DNA of 64,000 nt from Hormiphora californensis (Eukaryota > Animalia > Ctenophora). The translations under genes were made by a program, and so were the position numbers. Under the pieces are notes generated by a model. That model made no database searches. It had not been told where the DNA came from and was given only the letters and a program-made list of their open reading frames with translations. How positions within the stretch are numbered: the stretch's first letter is position 1; each line of letters starts with the position of its first letter. Below, piece by piece: positions 34,414 through 47,965 of the stretch. The stretch covers positions 6,510,001 to 6,574,000 of the forward strand of contig CM035353.1 in assembly GCA_020137815.1 (NCBI GenBank), given 5' to 3'.

Positions 34414-35613
34414 ATCAGTGGGACATGTGCTCGGGCTCATTTCAAACTCTTATTTTACTGTCATTATGTCTTTGTTGACTGCCCCTGAACAAAATAATAG
34501 ATAAATTCTTAAAGACGATCAGACCACCTAATAATAATGTGATTTTGATTGGGTTAGCGAATATTACTCAGCCAGCTCCGGTGCCTGTTTTAGCTTTACT
34601 GCCGTCCATTTAGAAACCTGGACCAGTGAGACTCACTGGTTAGAACCGCTCACTGAGTAAGTGGCTCTAACTCCTCCCTGTCGATGCTCTCTATTCGGTG
34701 GTAGGTGATGGAGGTATAAGATAATACGGCCCGGTTACAAAATAGTTGAATTATATTACATTATTATATATATGTTGGGGTTCGTGGCTGCCAGATCCTG
34801 CTCATCCAAACTGTCCATGGCGGTTGCAGGATGGGTCGTACTGAAACTCTCCTCCACACACTGAAACAAAATATCTGGGACGCCATTTGGTTTCAATATG
34901 ATTCTTGGAGATTTTCCTAGTGGTGCAGTAGCAGCTATCTCAACTCCACCAGGCAGCTAGGTACTGGTCATCCGAGAAATTATCTGAGCATACACACTGT
35001 GTAGTGATAGGCTCCAATTTTCCTCTGTCTCAATGGCCCTTGATTTCTGAAATCAGAGATAGTGTCGTGCCTCGTGGTACTTGAAACCAAGAACTGCACT
35101 CATCATCATGTTCGGGAAAGTACTGCTGACAGAAAAAAGAAACGAGAAATAAAGTTATGAAGTTTTTTATTAGAAAATGATTATAAACACCAAAAGATGA
35201 TTATTAAAGATGTTTGCCTACAAAGGAAAAACCGCAGCAATTCAAAATCATGTTTAGTTTTATAGACAACAGCGCGAACCAGCCTCTGGCACAAAAAAAT
35301 AAAAATGAATGATGATTATTGATTTTCACAATAAGAATATGATGAAAGCTGCCGTAAAAGATGTTAACATGTAAAAAGAAAAAGGTCATTTATAACTGAA
35401 AATTTATGAACATATTATGAAGAATAAAAAATATTAAAAACAATAATAATTCTCCACAATTACCCCTTTTGCACATTTAAAGGGGTAATAAGAATACGTA
35501 TTTACACCAGAAAAGGAACAGGACTCCCTTTCTTGCCTTTCCCAGGCTTTGCTACAGGGATCCTGTTTTCTCTCAGGGAATTAGAATAATTATCAGATTT
35601 AGCAATGTAGTTC

Positions 35614-35920
35614 TCAGATGGCAGTCGGAGGGTTCAGGGTCCTGTGCTCCGTTTTCTCTGTCCCTATCTCCCTGCATCCTTGAGTGTTGACCGCCTTTCC
35701 CCGGAGACAACGCTCATAAAATTCGTGGCAGAGCCCCTCGAAATCGTGGAACTCTGGTCCATTATACTTTAGGAAGAGCTCCCGCTGCAGTCGCTCGTCT
35801 GTTGTCCCCGTGAACATAGTGTGGCCTTCCTCCATGAGGCTGCCGAGGGTTTCACAAACAGCTTCTGATGATGCCAGGCCGCTGCAAAGAAAGCTCTGGT
35901 GGCCGGTTCGAGGTTCGCTT
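35614..35920 (-). pseudogene. hAT C-terminal dimerisation-domain-like fragment (copy at 39014-39320)
   Basis: LFVKPSAAS / MEEG...DERLQRELFLKYNGPEFHDF resembles P.S.A..ER.FS...L..LL.I..NGP....F; frameshifted. Confidence 0.5.
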
Positions 35921-37094
35921 TCCTTACCCTTTCCATCAATGAATTGGTAAGTCCCTTCAGTTCAATAACCGCGACATGGAGGTCGGTCTCAGTGATAGGA
36001 GACAGCCCGGAGAGCACACCCACGTTGTATTCTGTGGGACGGACAGCAATTACCCCCTCAATTATCGGGGTGATATCAAGCTGATCCTCAACAGAATTAA
36101 GGACCCCCACAACATTACTGACTAACGAATCCTCCATCCTAGTGGACCTGGATGGTGTGCTCCCGGCTCCCCTCGAGAAAATATATCAATCACTCCTTTA
36201 CTAGCTCCACTAAAAACTTCTGGGACTCCTCTCTTACCCTCCCCATTACCTCACTCGGATCTTTTATCTACTGTTGACCGCCTAGTCACCCTCCTGTCCT
36301 CAGTAGATACAATTAGGGTCTCTGCAATGCTTTCCTCATATTTCATAATACTTTAGATATTTCTGGGCATAGGCGTGCGTCCAGATTAAATTGCAGGGTC
36401 TAATTCGATAGACTGGACATGGTCGACTCCTGATGGTTTAGTAGCGCCCAAGCAGGTTGGTCTGAAAGAGAATGTGCTTTCAGCATTTGCAATACCCTGA
36501 ATTCAAAAATGTTGAACTTGAGAGTGGGGTACATCAGCTCAGCGAACATCTCTTGCGCCTCGTGCATGGCCTCAGGTGTCCTGTCGGGGTCGTTCATATA
36601 CCTCTGAAATACATAAATGTTAGCAAACTCATAATGATTTACGTGCAATGTTTTATACCGTTAATTTTTAAAAAACCCCAAAAATACAAATGAATTCAGA
36701 ATCCTATTGGGGACTGTTTTTTGATCCATGGTTTCAAGAAGTATTCCATTTGAGCATTGCATAAGACCTCGCAATCCTCCGCATCCGGAATTGCTGTATC
36801 AGGCGTTATGTCTTCCGGATGGCAGGCTCTGTTCTACTTAAATCTGATGGAGCGATGACCGATTTAAGCACAGCTGTGTTAACAAACACATGCGTTTCCT
36901 TAAGTGCTGTCATCATGTATTTGTGGTTGTGAAGGAAGTTCTTCGTCCCACTTGTGTCATGCATTACAAACTTCATCTTCTTCTCTCCCTTCAGGGCGTA
37001 CAAGTCCGTATTGGTTATGGCCCCTTCATCTGTAATCTGTTGCCACCTTCCTCATGACCTCCCACAGACCGTGTCCTTTTGCCCAAGTTATAAT

Positions 37095-37330
37095 CCGGCA
37101 CACCTTTGTCTTTGCATCTATATTAAACTTACATGACTTCCTATCCGCTGATGTCAAGTAGCCTGTCCTCCGCCGTTTCCTCTTTACTGGTTCTTCGGTC
37201 CGGGCCTGATTGAAATATAGTTTTCTATCGCCGTAAGGCATCCCCCAGTATCTGTTGAACACCTGCTGTTGTCTTTGTGGTGAAATCCTTTCTTCGCATT
37301 TCATCCTGCAATGGTCCCGGGACACTTCTC
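37095..37330 (-). pseudogene. Sola1-like transposase N-terminal Cys-rich fragment (copy at 40495-40730)
   Basis: CRMKCEERISPQRQQQVFNRYWGM...YF...VKRKRRR...KVC fits the C..KC...I....R..IF..FW...KR...VC pattern. Confidence 0.5.
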
Positions 37331-37892
37331 TAACGCATGCTTGAAGATCAGCTGCACTATCGTCCCCTGGGTTGGGTGATCTCAATTTTTGTAATGGAAC
37401 CACTAGGGAGCCCTGTTAGCTTCATACAGCTGAAACATATAACCTAGTCTTGTTGTCTTCTTATAACCTAGTCTTGTTGTCTTCTTCAGGGCTTCCTCCA
37501 TATCATTTTTATCTTGTCGCTTTCTCCTGACATCGCTGTGCAATGTAATCAATATTTAAAATCATTTAAAAAGTATTACTATACATTCTATTACTGCAGG
37601 TAGGAATAGGATATATTATTTCGCGCTTATCTACGGATTGGCTCCTGGGGCACTGAGTTGCATAAATAACTTGAATACAATCTCTAGATTTCAAATAAAA
37701 ATATTTTTTCAAATCTGAAAGATTTCCCCGGGGGACATCTTTCAGATTTAAGAAAATCTCCCCCAGTCAATACAATCCTAACTCCGTTGTTAGCGTATTG
37801 CCAGTTGAAGGCTAGTGTAAGGGGAGGTACTACCGACTCAAAATCTTTATAACAGACAACAGTAGTTTCGGGAACCATCGCCTCGTGGTTTC

Positions 37893-37937
37893 CATAGTTA
37901 GGCCAACCACTCTTGAAGAGTGGTTGGCCTAACTATG
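37893..37937. repeat. Perfect palindrome, 22-bp arms and 1-nt spacer (copy at 41293-41337)
   Basis: CATAGTTAGGCCAACCACTCTT-G-AAGAGTGGTTGGCCTAACTATG. Confidence 0.95.
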
Positions 37938-40900
37938 TGACTCTTCTTAACATTCTTCTCAGTCCCGTTCATATCCTGACTATCCTTAGTATCTTTACTA
38001 TCCTTATCTTAACTATCATATTTTTCTGGCCCGGTTCCTTCATGATTTGGGAGTTGTGTCGCATCATCACAAAGGGATGCAATAGAGTCCGATTTGACCC
38101 TGTTCATGGTGTTAAACGCCCTCTCTGCCAGTGTGTTCCTGACCTTCATCAACTGTTCTATCACAGGCAGTTTACCTGCAGGGCAGGATCGTGCCGAGTG
38201 GAACTTGTTTGTTTCCATTTCGACCTGGATGGGAGAGATATCGAAAAGGCCTTTGTACTTTTCTACAAGGGGTTTTAACACTGCCCATTCTAAATAGTTC
38301 GGAGATTTTGTGTCGTCATGGTGTCGACGAGCTGTGTTGAAGAAGCTGAAAATGTCTCAGTGATGAACTTTATGAAGCATTTGCACATTTTTGGAACTGC
38401 TTTTCTGATTACTACTATTTCGTCCTTTTTCAAATGGTGACCTACCCTACCACCACAGGCTGGGGCCGGTAAGCGGATGCATGGAAACGAGAAATTGTTG
38501 TTGTCACCCCCTTCTCGTGCACGGAATGTTTATTGTTTTTGCATGTCACACGTGTTAACGTGTGGTATACACGTCAAAATTGATAAATTTCACATGCGTG
38601 GTTATTTGGGGGTGACAACTTCAAAAAATCCGACTTTACACATTCATTTACTAATAGCTTTATACAGGTCAACTTTAAAGTTGTTTAATCGTTCTTTAAG
38701 CCTGTCAGCTTATGATTATTGATTTTCACAATAAGAATATGATGAAAGATGCCGTAAAAGATGTTAACATGTAAAAAGAAAAAGGTCATTTATAACTGAA
38801 AATTTATGAACATATTATGAAGAATAAAAAATATTAAAAACAATAATAATTCTCCACAATTACCCCTTTTGCACATTTAAAGGGGTAATAAGAATACGTA
38901 TTTACACCAGAAAAGGAACAGGACTCCCTTTCTTGCCTTTCCCAGGCTTTGCTACAGGGATCCTGTTTTCTCTCAGGGAATTAGAATAATTCTCAGATTT
39001 AGCAATGTAGTTCTCAGATGGCAGTCGGAGGGTTCAGGGTCATGTGCTCCGTTTTCTCTGTCCATATCTCCCTGCATCCTTGAGTGTTGACCACCTTTCC
39101 CCGGAGACAACGCTCATAAAATTCGTGGCAGAGCCCCTCGAAATCGTGGAACTCTGGTCCATTATACTTTAGGAAGAGCTCCCGCTGCAGTCGCTCGTCT
39201 GTTGTCCCCGTGAACATAGTGTGGCCTTCCTCCATGAGGCTGCCGAGGGTTTCACAAACAGCTTCTGATGATGCCAGGCCGCTGCAAAGAAAGCTCTGGT
39301 GGCCGGTTCGAGGTTCGCTTTCCTTACCCTTTCCATCAATGAATTGGTAAGTCCCTTCAGTTCAATAACCGCGACATGGAGGTCGGTCTCAGTGATAGGA
39401 GACAGCCCGGAGAGCACACCCACGTTGTATTCTGTGGGACGGACAGCAATTACCCCCTCAATTATCGGGGTGATATCAAGCTGATCCTCAACAGAATTAA
39501 GGACCCCCACAACATTACTGACTAACGAATCCTCCATCCTAGTGGACCTGGATGGTGTGCTCCCAGCTCCCCTCGAGAAAATATATCAATCACTCCTTTA
39601 CTAGCTCCACTAAAAACTTCTGGGACTCCTCTCTTACCCTCCCCATTACCTCACTCGGATCTTTTATCTACTGTTGACCGCCTAGTCACCCTCCTGTCCT
39701 CAGTAGATACAATTAGGGTCTCTGCAATGCTTTCCTCATATTTCATAATATTTTAGATATTTCTGGACATAGGCGTGCGTCCAGATTAAATTGCAGGGTC
39801 TAATTCGATAGACTGGACATGGTCGACTCCTGATGGTTTAGTAGCGCCCAAGCAGGTTGGTCTGAAAGAGAATGTGCTTTCAGCATTTGCAATACCCTGA
39901 ATTCAAAAATGTTGAACTTGAGAGTGGGGTACATCAGCTCAGCGAACATCTCTTGCGCCTCGTGCATGGCCTCAGGTGTCCTGTCGGGGTCGTTCATATA
40001 CCTCTGAAATACATAAATGTTAGCAAACTCATAATGATTTACGTGCAATGTTTTATACCGTTAATTTTTAAAAAACCCCAAAAATACAAATGAATTCAGA
40101 ATCCTATTGGGGACTGTTTTTTTATCCATGGTTTCAAGAAGTATTCCATTTGAGCATTGCATAAGACCTCGCAATCCTCCGCATCCGGAATTGCTGTATC
40201 AGGCGTTATGTCTTCCGGATGGCAGGCTCTGTTCTACTTAAATCTGATGGAGCGATGACCGATTTAAGCACAGCTGTGTTAACAAACACATGCGTTTCCT
40301 TAAGTGCTGTCATCATGTATTTGTGGTTGTGAAGGAAGTTCTTCGTCCCACTTGTGTCATGCATTACAAACTTCATCTTCTTCTCTCCCTTCAGGGCGTA
40401 CAAGTCCGTATTGGTTATGGCCCCTTCATCTGTAATCTGTTGCCACCTTCCTCATGACCTCCCACAGACCGTGTCCTTTTGCCCAAGTTATAATCCGGCA
40501 CACCTTTGTCTTTGCATCTATATTAAACTTACATGACTTCCTATCCGCTGATGTCAAGTAGCCTGTCCTCCGCCGTTTCCTCTTTACTGGTTCTTCGGTC
40601 CGGGCCTGATTGAAATATAGTTTTCTATCGCCGTAAGGCATCCCCCAGTATCTGTTGAACACCTGCTGTTGTCTTTGTGGTGAAATCCTTTCTTCGCATT
40701 TCATCCTGCAATGGTCCCGGGACACTTCTCTAACGCATGCTTGAAGATCAGCTGCACTATCGTCCCCTGGGTTGGGTGATCTCAATTTTTGTAATGGAAC
40801 CACTAGGGAGCCCTGTTAGCTTCATACAGCTGAAACATATAACCTAGTCTTGTTGTCTTCTTATAACCTAGTCTTGTTGTCTTCTTCAGGGCTTCCTCCA

Positions 40901-42934
40901 TATCATTTTTATCTTGTCGCTTTCTCCTGACATCGCTGTGCAATGTAATCAATATTTAAAATCATTTAAAAAGTATTACTATACATTCTATTACTGCAGG
41001 TAGGAATAGGATATATTATTTCGCGCTTATCTACGGATTGGCTCCTGGGGCACTGAGTTGCATAAATAACTTGAATACAATCTCTAGATTTCAAATAAAA
41101 ATATTTTTTCAAATCTGAAAGATTTCCCCGGGGGACATCTTTCAGATTTAAGAAAATCTCCCCCAGTCAATACAATCCTAACTCCGTTGTTAGCGTATTG
41201 CCAGTTGAAGGCTAGTGTAAGGGGAGGTACTACCGACTCAAAATCTTTATAACAGACAACAGTAGTTTCGGGAACCATCGCCTCGTGGTTTCCATAGTTA
41301 GGCCAACCACTCTTGAAGAGTGGTTGGCCTAACTATGTGACTCTTCTTAACATTCTTCTCAGTCCCGTTCATATCCTGACTATCCTTAGTATCTTTACTA
41401 TCCTTATCTTAACTATCATATTTTTCTGGCCCGGTTCCTTCATGATTTGGGAGTTGTGTCGCATCATCACAAAGGGATGCAATAGAGTCCGATTTTACCC
41501 TGTTCATGGTGTTAAACGCCCTCTCTGCCAGTGTGTTCCTGACCTTCATCAACTGTTCTATCACAGGCAGTTTACCTGCAGGGCAGGATCGTGCCGAGTG
41601 GAACTTGTTTGTTTCCATTTCGACCTGGATGGGAGAGATATCGAAAAGGCCTTTGTACTTTTCTACAAGGGGTTTTAACACTGCCCATTCTAAATAGTTC
41701 GGAGATTTTGTGTCGTCATGGTGTCGACGAGCTGTGTTGAAGAAGCTGAAAATGTCTCAGTGATGAACTTTATGAAGCATTTGCACATTTTTGGAACTGC
41801 TTTTCTGATTACTACTATTTCGTCCTTTTTCAAATGGTGACCTACCCTACCACCACAGGCTGGGGCCGGTAAGCGGATGCATGGAAACGAGAAATTGTTG
41901 TTGTCACCCCCTTCTCGTGCACGGAATGTTTATTGTTTTTGCATGTCACACGTGTTAACGTGTGGTATACACGTCAAAATTGATAAATTTCACATGCGTG
42001 GTTATTTGGGGGTGACAACTTCAAAAAATCCGACTTTACACATTCATTTACTAATAGCTTTATACAGGTCAACTTTAAAGTTGTTTAATCGTTCTTTAAG
42101 CCTGTCAGCCTCAGACATAGTGAGGACTGATGGCTCAAGTAATGCTGCTTTTGTTTATTGTCGCCTTGAAGTCCGATAGCAGGTCAATTGGACGCAGAGA
42201 CACTGATGGTGCGTCAGCGATGTCCACCGGATCCGGCTACGCATCAGACTGATCCACGTCATCGTAGTCAGGAAGAGTTAGTTGTGACCAGTTTGCTTTT
42301 CCTATGTCCTCGCTTTTAATCGCGGTAAAGTTTCCTAATTCTATCCCACTCCTTCAGTTCTACACCGGTGCTGTGGTCCCTTTCCCAGCTGCAAGGAAGT
42401 CTTGTCACCTTTTTGAGTCTCCACGGTGGCATTTTTGAAGCTGATATCTGAACCGGGGTATGTGACGAGGAATGTGGTGGTGAGTTAGACATTGCCCAGG
42501 TAGGTTTGTACATAGTTCATCGGTACATTCACTAGATTGGAAAACTCCTCAAACTTTAACGTTTCTAGCGAGGTGTGCCACGTGACCTGTATCTCCGGAG
42601 GAGCTTGTTGCATGCCTCCAGGCCACGCTCACTCAGATTACACAGCTCTCTACTATCATTGTCCTTCTCCATAACTTCTCAGGCATGACACAACACTTTG
42701 TGTGCAGTAGGACATCGCACATCTTGCTGTATAGTGGGTATTAGCTCTTTCCCAGATATTTCTAACATCTGTTTTCCAATTGTGTGATATCTCTTGATAA
42801 CGTAGCACGTTTCATCGCCGACGATTGTTGCCTTTGTCGCCCTCCTGAAGCCCCCCCCCCCCCCCCCCCCCATCCCAACACTGTCCCCTTCCTCGACACC
42901 CAAAGTTTTAACAGTGTTGTCGCATGTCATAATA

Positions 42935-44325
42935 CCGTGTGCGGCAAAAAAAAGGCCCCCCCTAGACCACCATAGTTGCCGATGTGGTGGAGAGCTGTAA
43001 CTTGGCAGGGTTGCTCCACTATGTCTATCTTGATCCTGACAGAAAAATCAGAGCTCTAGCTCAAAATTCATTTTCATGAACGGAATGAACTTCTCCGTTC
43101 CTTCGATATGAGACCCCCTCATCATTCAGAATTTTTTGCCCGTCTTTGGCTAACGATTATCTTTGTAATGAGACCAATTTGAGCATAATCTGATTACCAG
43201 GAGAGACACAGTGGAGGGTTTTCCGACCGTCACTCCTGACATGTGATCCAGGCCCGGTCACGTGGTGAAAAGTGGGTTTGGGGTGCTGTTAACATGTCTC
43301 AATAACGGATTATTACTCTCATATCCCTTGAATATCCCTCCACAATGCTCTCAAGTCACTTTGTGATGCTGATTGATTGGGTTCATGTCACCAGTTCTTG
43401 TCAAAGTTCTCAAGCGGCCCGTGATACGAGATCATTTCATCAAGGAGGGGCCATCTTGTGTCACTAATCAGCCTATCATCTCACATTACACTAGCCAAGG
43501 GATCTGGGGTATTTAAATCTTCAAATGTTCATCAAAATCATTCCCAATCGTTACTTGCAATGCATTTTACACCCGAACAGAGGAACTTCATCTGGCTCAA
43601 GAAGGAAACCAACACCCTCTACCCCACCATCGAACAGGAGTTCTTTATCAAGTTTGGCCGCCATGCCCCATCCAAGAAGTCCTGCAGAAAGATCCATGCA
43701 TTGCAAGTAACGATTGGGAATGATTTTGATGAACATTTGAAGATTTAAATACCCCAGATCCCTTGGCTAGTGTAATGTGAGATGATAGGCTGATTAGTGA
43801 CACAAGATGGCCCCTCCTTGATGAAATGATCTCGTATCACGGGCCGCTTGAGAACTTTGACAAGAACTGGTGACATGAACCCAATCAATCAGCATCACAA
43901 AGTGACTTGAGAGCATTGTGGAGGGATATTCAAGGGATATGAGAGCAATAATCCGTTATTGAGACATGTTAACAGCACCCCAAACCCACTTTTCACCACG
44001 TGACCGGGCCTGGATCACATGTCAGGAGTGACGGTCGGAAAACCCTCCACTGTGTCTCTCCTGGTAATCAGATTATGCTCAAATTGGTCTCATTACAAAG
44101 ATAATCGTTAGCCAAAGACGGGCAAAAAATTCTGAATGATGAGGGGGTCTCATATCGAAGGGACGGAGAAGTTCATTCCGTTCATGAAAATGAATTTTGA
44201 GCTAGAGCTCTGATTTTTCTGTCAGGATCAAGATAGACATAGTGGAGCAACCCTGCCAAGTTACAGCTCTCCACCACATCGGCAACTATGGTGGTCTAGG
44301 GGGGGCCTTTTTTTGCCGCACACGG
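42935..44325. mobile_element. Foldback derivative of a Tc1/mariner element with about 630-bp arms
   Basis: 42935-43565 is the reverse complement of 43696-44325 with very few mismatches; left end TA|CCGTGTGCGGCAAAA; spacer encodes a transposase N-terminus. Confidence 0.9.
43560..43700 (+). pseudogene. N-terminal helix-turn-helix of a Tc1/mariner-type transposase (DUF4817-like)
   Basis: MHFTPEQRNFIWLKKETNTLYPTIEQEFFIKFGRHAPSKKSCRKIH matches the M.FT.EQR.FI....Y..IQ.EF...F....PSK..I..I pattern. Confidence 0.75.
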
Positions 44326-46149
44326 CTACGGAATAGGTTAGTTTGGGGGGTTAGTTTGGGGGGAGGGGGAAGGGATAGAGGGAATCAGGGATAGGGGTGT
44401 AAACTACTCGGAGACAGTTTTCTGAAGATCAAATATATAATATAAGTTATGAATAAATAAACAATCAGATATAGATCCCCATGCCCGCGTTCCAAGGGTG
44501 TAACGTATGTGTTCCTGTGATTCGCCCCGGAGTCAGCTTCGTGACTATTTCCAGGAGGTGGGCACGTCCCACGTCCACAGGCTCTTTAGGTCCGGGCTGT
44601 CAGGCAGGGTGGTACCTAGGAGGAGCTGACCTCAACACGTCTGTCTCCGTTATGCTGAAATTCTTTTGAGCAAAGGATTCGTAAGCGTTCAACATTAGAT
44701 TAGAAAAACGGGTGCCTAGGAGGTGCCACTCGAGGTGCTGGCCGTCCAAATAATGCTTGGTAACGGTGTTCGTGGAAGACCTCTTAGGTCACAAGCTGCT
44801 ACTAGCCATTTGTGGTAGACAGCATGTCTTATGAGTTTTCGCTATTTATAATAGGTCTCATTTGTTGGCATCACATAACTTATTGTTCATTGCCAATGCC
44901 ATGATACCAAGTGTATCTCCAATCCAGGTTGCCGGCCGCGGCCATGATTCTCTCGGTATAATTCATGATCTCTTCTGATCTCATGGTCAGCTTTTTCAGT
45001 TTCCTACTTTTAGCTAGACACCCATCATCGACATTCCAGGACCCGAATCCAGTGTCGCATACCTTTGTTAACTTATTTTCCTAGGGTCGTCCTTCCGAAT
45101 GACGTGACATCCATTACTACGCGTATAAATATATTTATAAATGCAATGAGTCAAATGAATCGCTCACAGTTTTTGCAGCTGGTAAAATCAGCTTTAGTGC
45201 CCAATAATGGTAAATTCCTGGTAATCAAAGCTGACTCGGTCTCCCGTGGTGGAGGGGTACGACTGGGACTGGAAAAGCGGGTGATGTGGTCTGGCTTGAG
45301 TTGGGCCATCGTCCCGTAGTTATACGGGTAGCAGTACTCATGGATAGTCATGGGGGTTAATGTAAGAGTGGCACGCCGTGTTTTCTCACAAAACTTAGTG
45401 GATGGACGGGGAGTACCACCAGGACCATTGGTACGTTATCGAAAATTTCCAATTCTGTCGCATACATTAGTTATGACGTAATATGTTCAATTTCATTATT
45501 TCAACTTTCATAAAATTGCTCTGGGAGTGCCGGCAGTGGAACCCCTTTTTCAATGAATTCTTTCATAGCGACTCTATGTATACGGAGTCGGGATGGAATA
45601 TTGACGAAATGGGACTATATTCTCAATCGATCGAATGCTTATCAGGTTGGCATCTCTAGAAGAGATGCCACACAGAATATATTTCTGTGACTACCTTGAA
45701 GATGTGGTAATCCCATGTTACTAGCTTGACTGAGAATTTGTGATCACCCACCAAAGATGAAAGTAGCAGTGTTGAGGAGGCCAGTTGTTCAGGATGATCA
45801 ACCACCTCTATGGAGATTAGTTGGACCGTTCTTTGGGCTCTCTTTATCAGAATAGATTACAGTTTAGATAAACTAGGAAACCTAGTCTAGCTAGGCAACA
45901 ATTACTCGAATAACCATTTTTAAGCGAGTACGATGGCAGTCGCAGTGCATATTGCCAAAATATCCTCCTCTCTCTCTTTCTACATACATGTATAGAAATG
46001 TATACAAATATATAAAATATTTATCTTATTTTATGGCATATTTTCAGCAACTGCTGCATTCTAGTAGCACCATGTGCTTCTAGGTGGTGCATGGGCTATT
46101 GCCCCAGAAAATATGTTATGGTATGAACAGTATGTTTTCTTTGCATTGT

Positions 46150-46345
46150 TCAATTGAATGTAATTTGATTAGCATCAAGCATCTGGCTGCTAGGCAAACG
46201 GTTGGCCTCTTTGCATGCCGCCAGAAATTTTGCCCTTTCTTCCCCTGGAGCTTCCAAATTAATGGCTTTTCTGGTCCTGCTATCTTTGTTAACATGGTCC
46301 GTATATTCAGTAGGAGCATGAGCACTGATCAGAATCACTATTATA
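46150..46345 (-). pseudogene. Possible LINE endonuclease (EEP) fragment
   Basis: VILISAHAPTE (S.YAPT-like) and KFLAACKE...QITF. Confidence 0.4.
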
Positions 46346-47834
46346 ATGATTGACAGGAGCCTTCCTTTTCTTAGAATTAGAAGGTGGCTTAGACTTTCTA
46401 TAGGGTTTGTTCATGGTAAACTTGGCAAAGTATTTTACAGGAATTGGAGTTTTCAAAGGTCTTTTTTATATTGACAATCTGGATCATTGGTGAAAGGGCT
46501 TCCTCGAACGAAGCCATGGTGAAACACTGAAACTAGATATGCGACAGAAGAATGTATATTAGAGTCTCAGACTCAGTCTGCAACATTGTTAACAATAGAC
46601 CGAGTTTAAAAGTTGTTAACGTAGAAAGCGGTATAATGAAGTCTCTGTAGCTGTCCAGCCATGGTAACAGGGAATCAATACTTAGTCAACATTTGAAGCA
46701 TTTTACGTGAAAGTTGTTCTCGCCACAACTCGTACATGGCCAATCGCCCTTTAATTAACAGCACTCTTCAACTCTTCTGTCAAAGTACGCTATCACGTGA
46801 CTCCAAAACTCTACCTCGCCCATGCCGGAGTGTAGTGATAAACTCCAATTCTTTTGTCTCTCACTGGCTCCATATTCTCAAAGTCACCCTAACTGTATCA
46901 GACATCCATGCCCCTAAATGCCCCTAACTGCTGATTTTTAGTTTTTTATGATTAAGATTTAAGCGAATTTTTTTGTAAAAAAACAACATTTAATATTGAT
47001 TAAAAAAAAGTGAAAATGTGTGAACAAAAGCTTACAAATGTCTAATTGTGTAACACACACTGTAACACAGGCAGGTCACAATTTACTTATCTACTGCAAG
47101 GAACCAGCTTTTTCCGGTTTCTATTTTCCTCATTTTCGGCATTTTGAGCCTTGAGTTCTCTAGCAACAACATTAGCTCTCCCTGGAACAGCAACACGTGC
47201 ACCTCTAGCAACAACATTAGCTCTGTCGGAACCTTGAGTTCTCTGTTGGAACCGGGTGTTGCTGTCCATTTTCAAGATCGATGGTGTTACGCTTCTTCTA
47301 ATGCTTTTTCATAGATTCCGCTGCAATTTCCGTTTTTTCTTAAACATAAGAAGGCTTGTCTGGATCCATTTTCCTTTAAGAGCTGCTCCGCCAGATTTCT
47401 GGCCATTATTTTCTGGCTTTGTGCAGGAGTAGGAGGATTTGGAGGTAAGGTAGGTATAAATTCGGCAACTCCAAACTGCTGCATCAGTAGCACCATGCGC
47501 CTATGTGGTGCACGGGCCATTGCCCGTTGAATGATGATGTCAGCTTATAACGCAAGTTGCTGCAACCTTCCGGGCAATTCGTCGTAGAGTTCAGGAAATT
47601 GGCGTAATTTTACTGCAAATCTTATTTGCCACGTAATCACTGTGGTTTGAGTAAGTCCGAGAATTTAGTGTATGGGAGCTAGAATTTATTGGATAGCCGA
47701 TAGATATCAGATGTGACCCGTGGCAAGTTCAATGAGGACTTGAACTGCTGCTGTAACCATGTGGCCACAGCTCTTCATGTTGCAATTTAAACGTGGAATA
47801 ACGTGTCTCCATAGAAGGGTTGATGCTGCCCCTC

Positions 47835-47965
47835 TCATTCCCTCTTTGTCTCTCTTTCTTTATCTCTCACTTTCTCGCTTTGTCCCTCTCTCTTTCTCTG
47901 ATGTTTCTTTCTCTTTGTCCCTCTCATTGTCTCTCTCTCTCTCTCTCACTCTCACTCTCTCTTTC
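47835..47965. repeat. CT-rich low-complexity tract
   Basis: Direct reading. Confidence 0.9.

Larger units (their letters stand above)
28810..34990 (-). repeat. Left arm of a large, shuffled inverted duplication
   Basis: Reverse-complement matches: 30555-31435 to 59075-60045; 31435-32390 to 57765-58710; 32570-32790 to 56870-57090; 33130-34490 to 56385-56865; 34860-34990 to 55410-55555; 29740-29850 to 60205-60300; 29265-29720 to 62950-63410; 28840-29240 to 63585-63972. Confidence 0.88.
35312..42109 (+). repeat. Tandem duplication with period exactly 3400 bp
   Basis: 35312-38709 and 38712-42109; all ORF-track entries recur at +3400; about 10 substitutions and no indels by eye. Confidence 0.97.

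Noticed and set aside
42851-42871. Orphan poly-C / poly-G tracts (also 7815-7845, 29170-29184, 55144-55154) as ends of further poly-G elements
   Set aside because: No matching opposite end, subterminal array or 8-bp TSD found.
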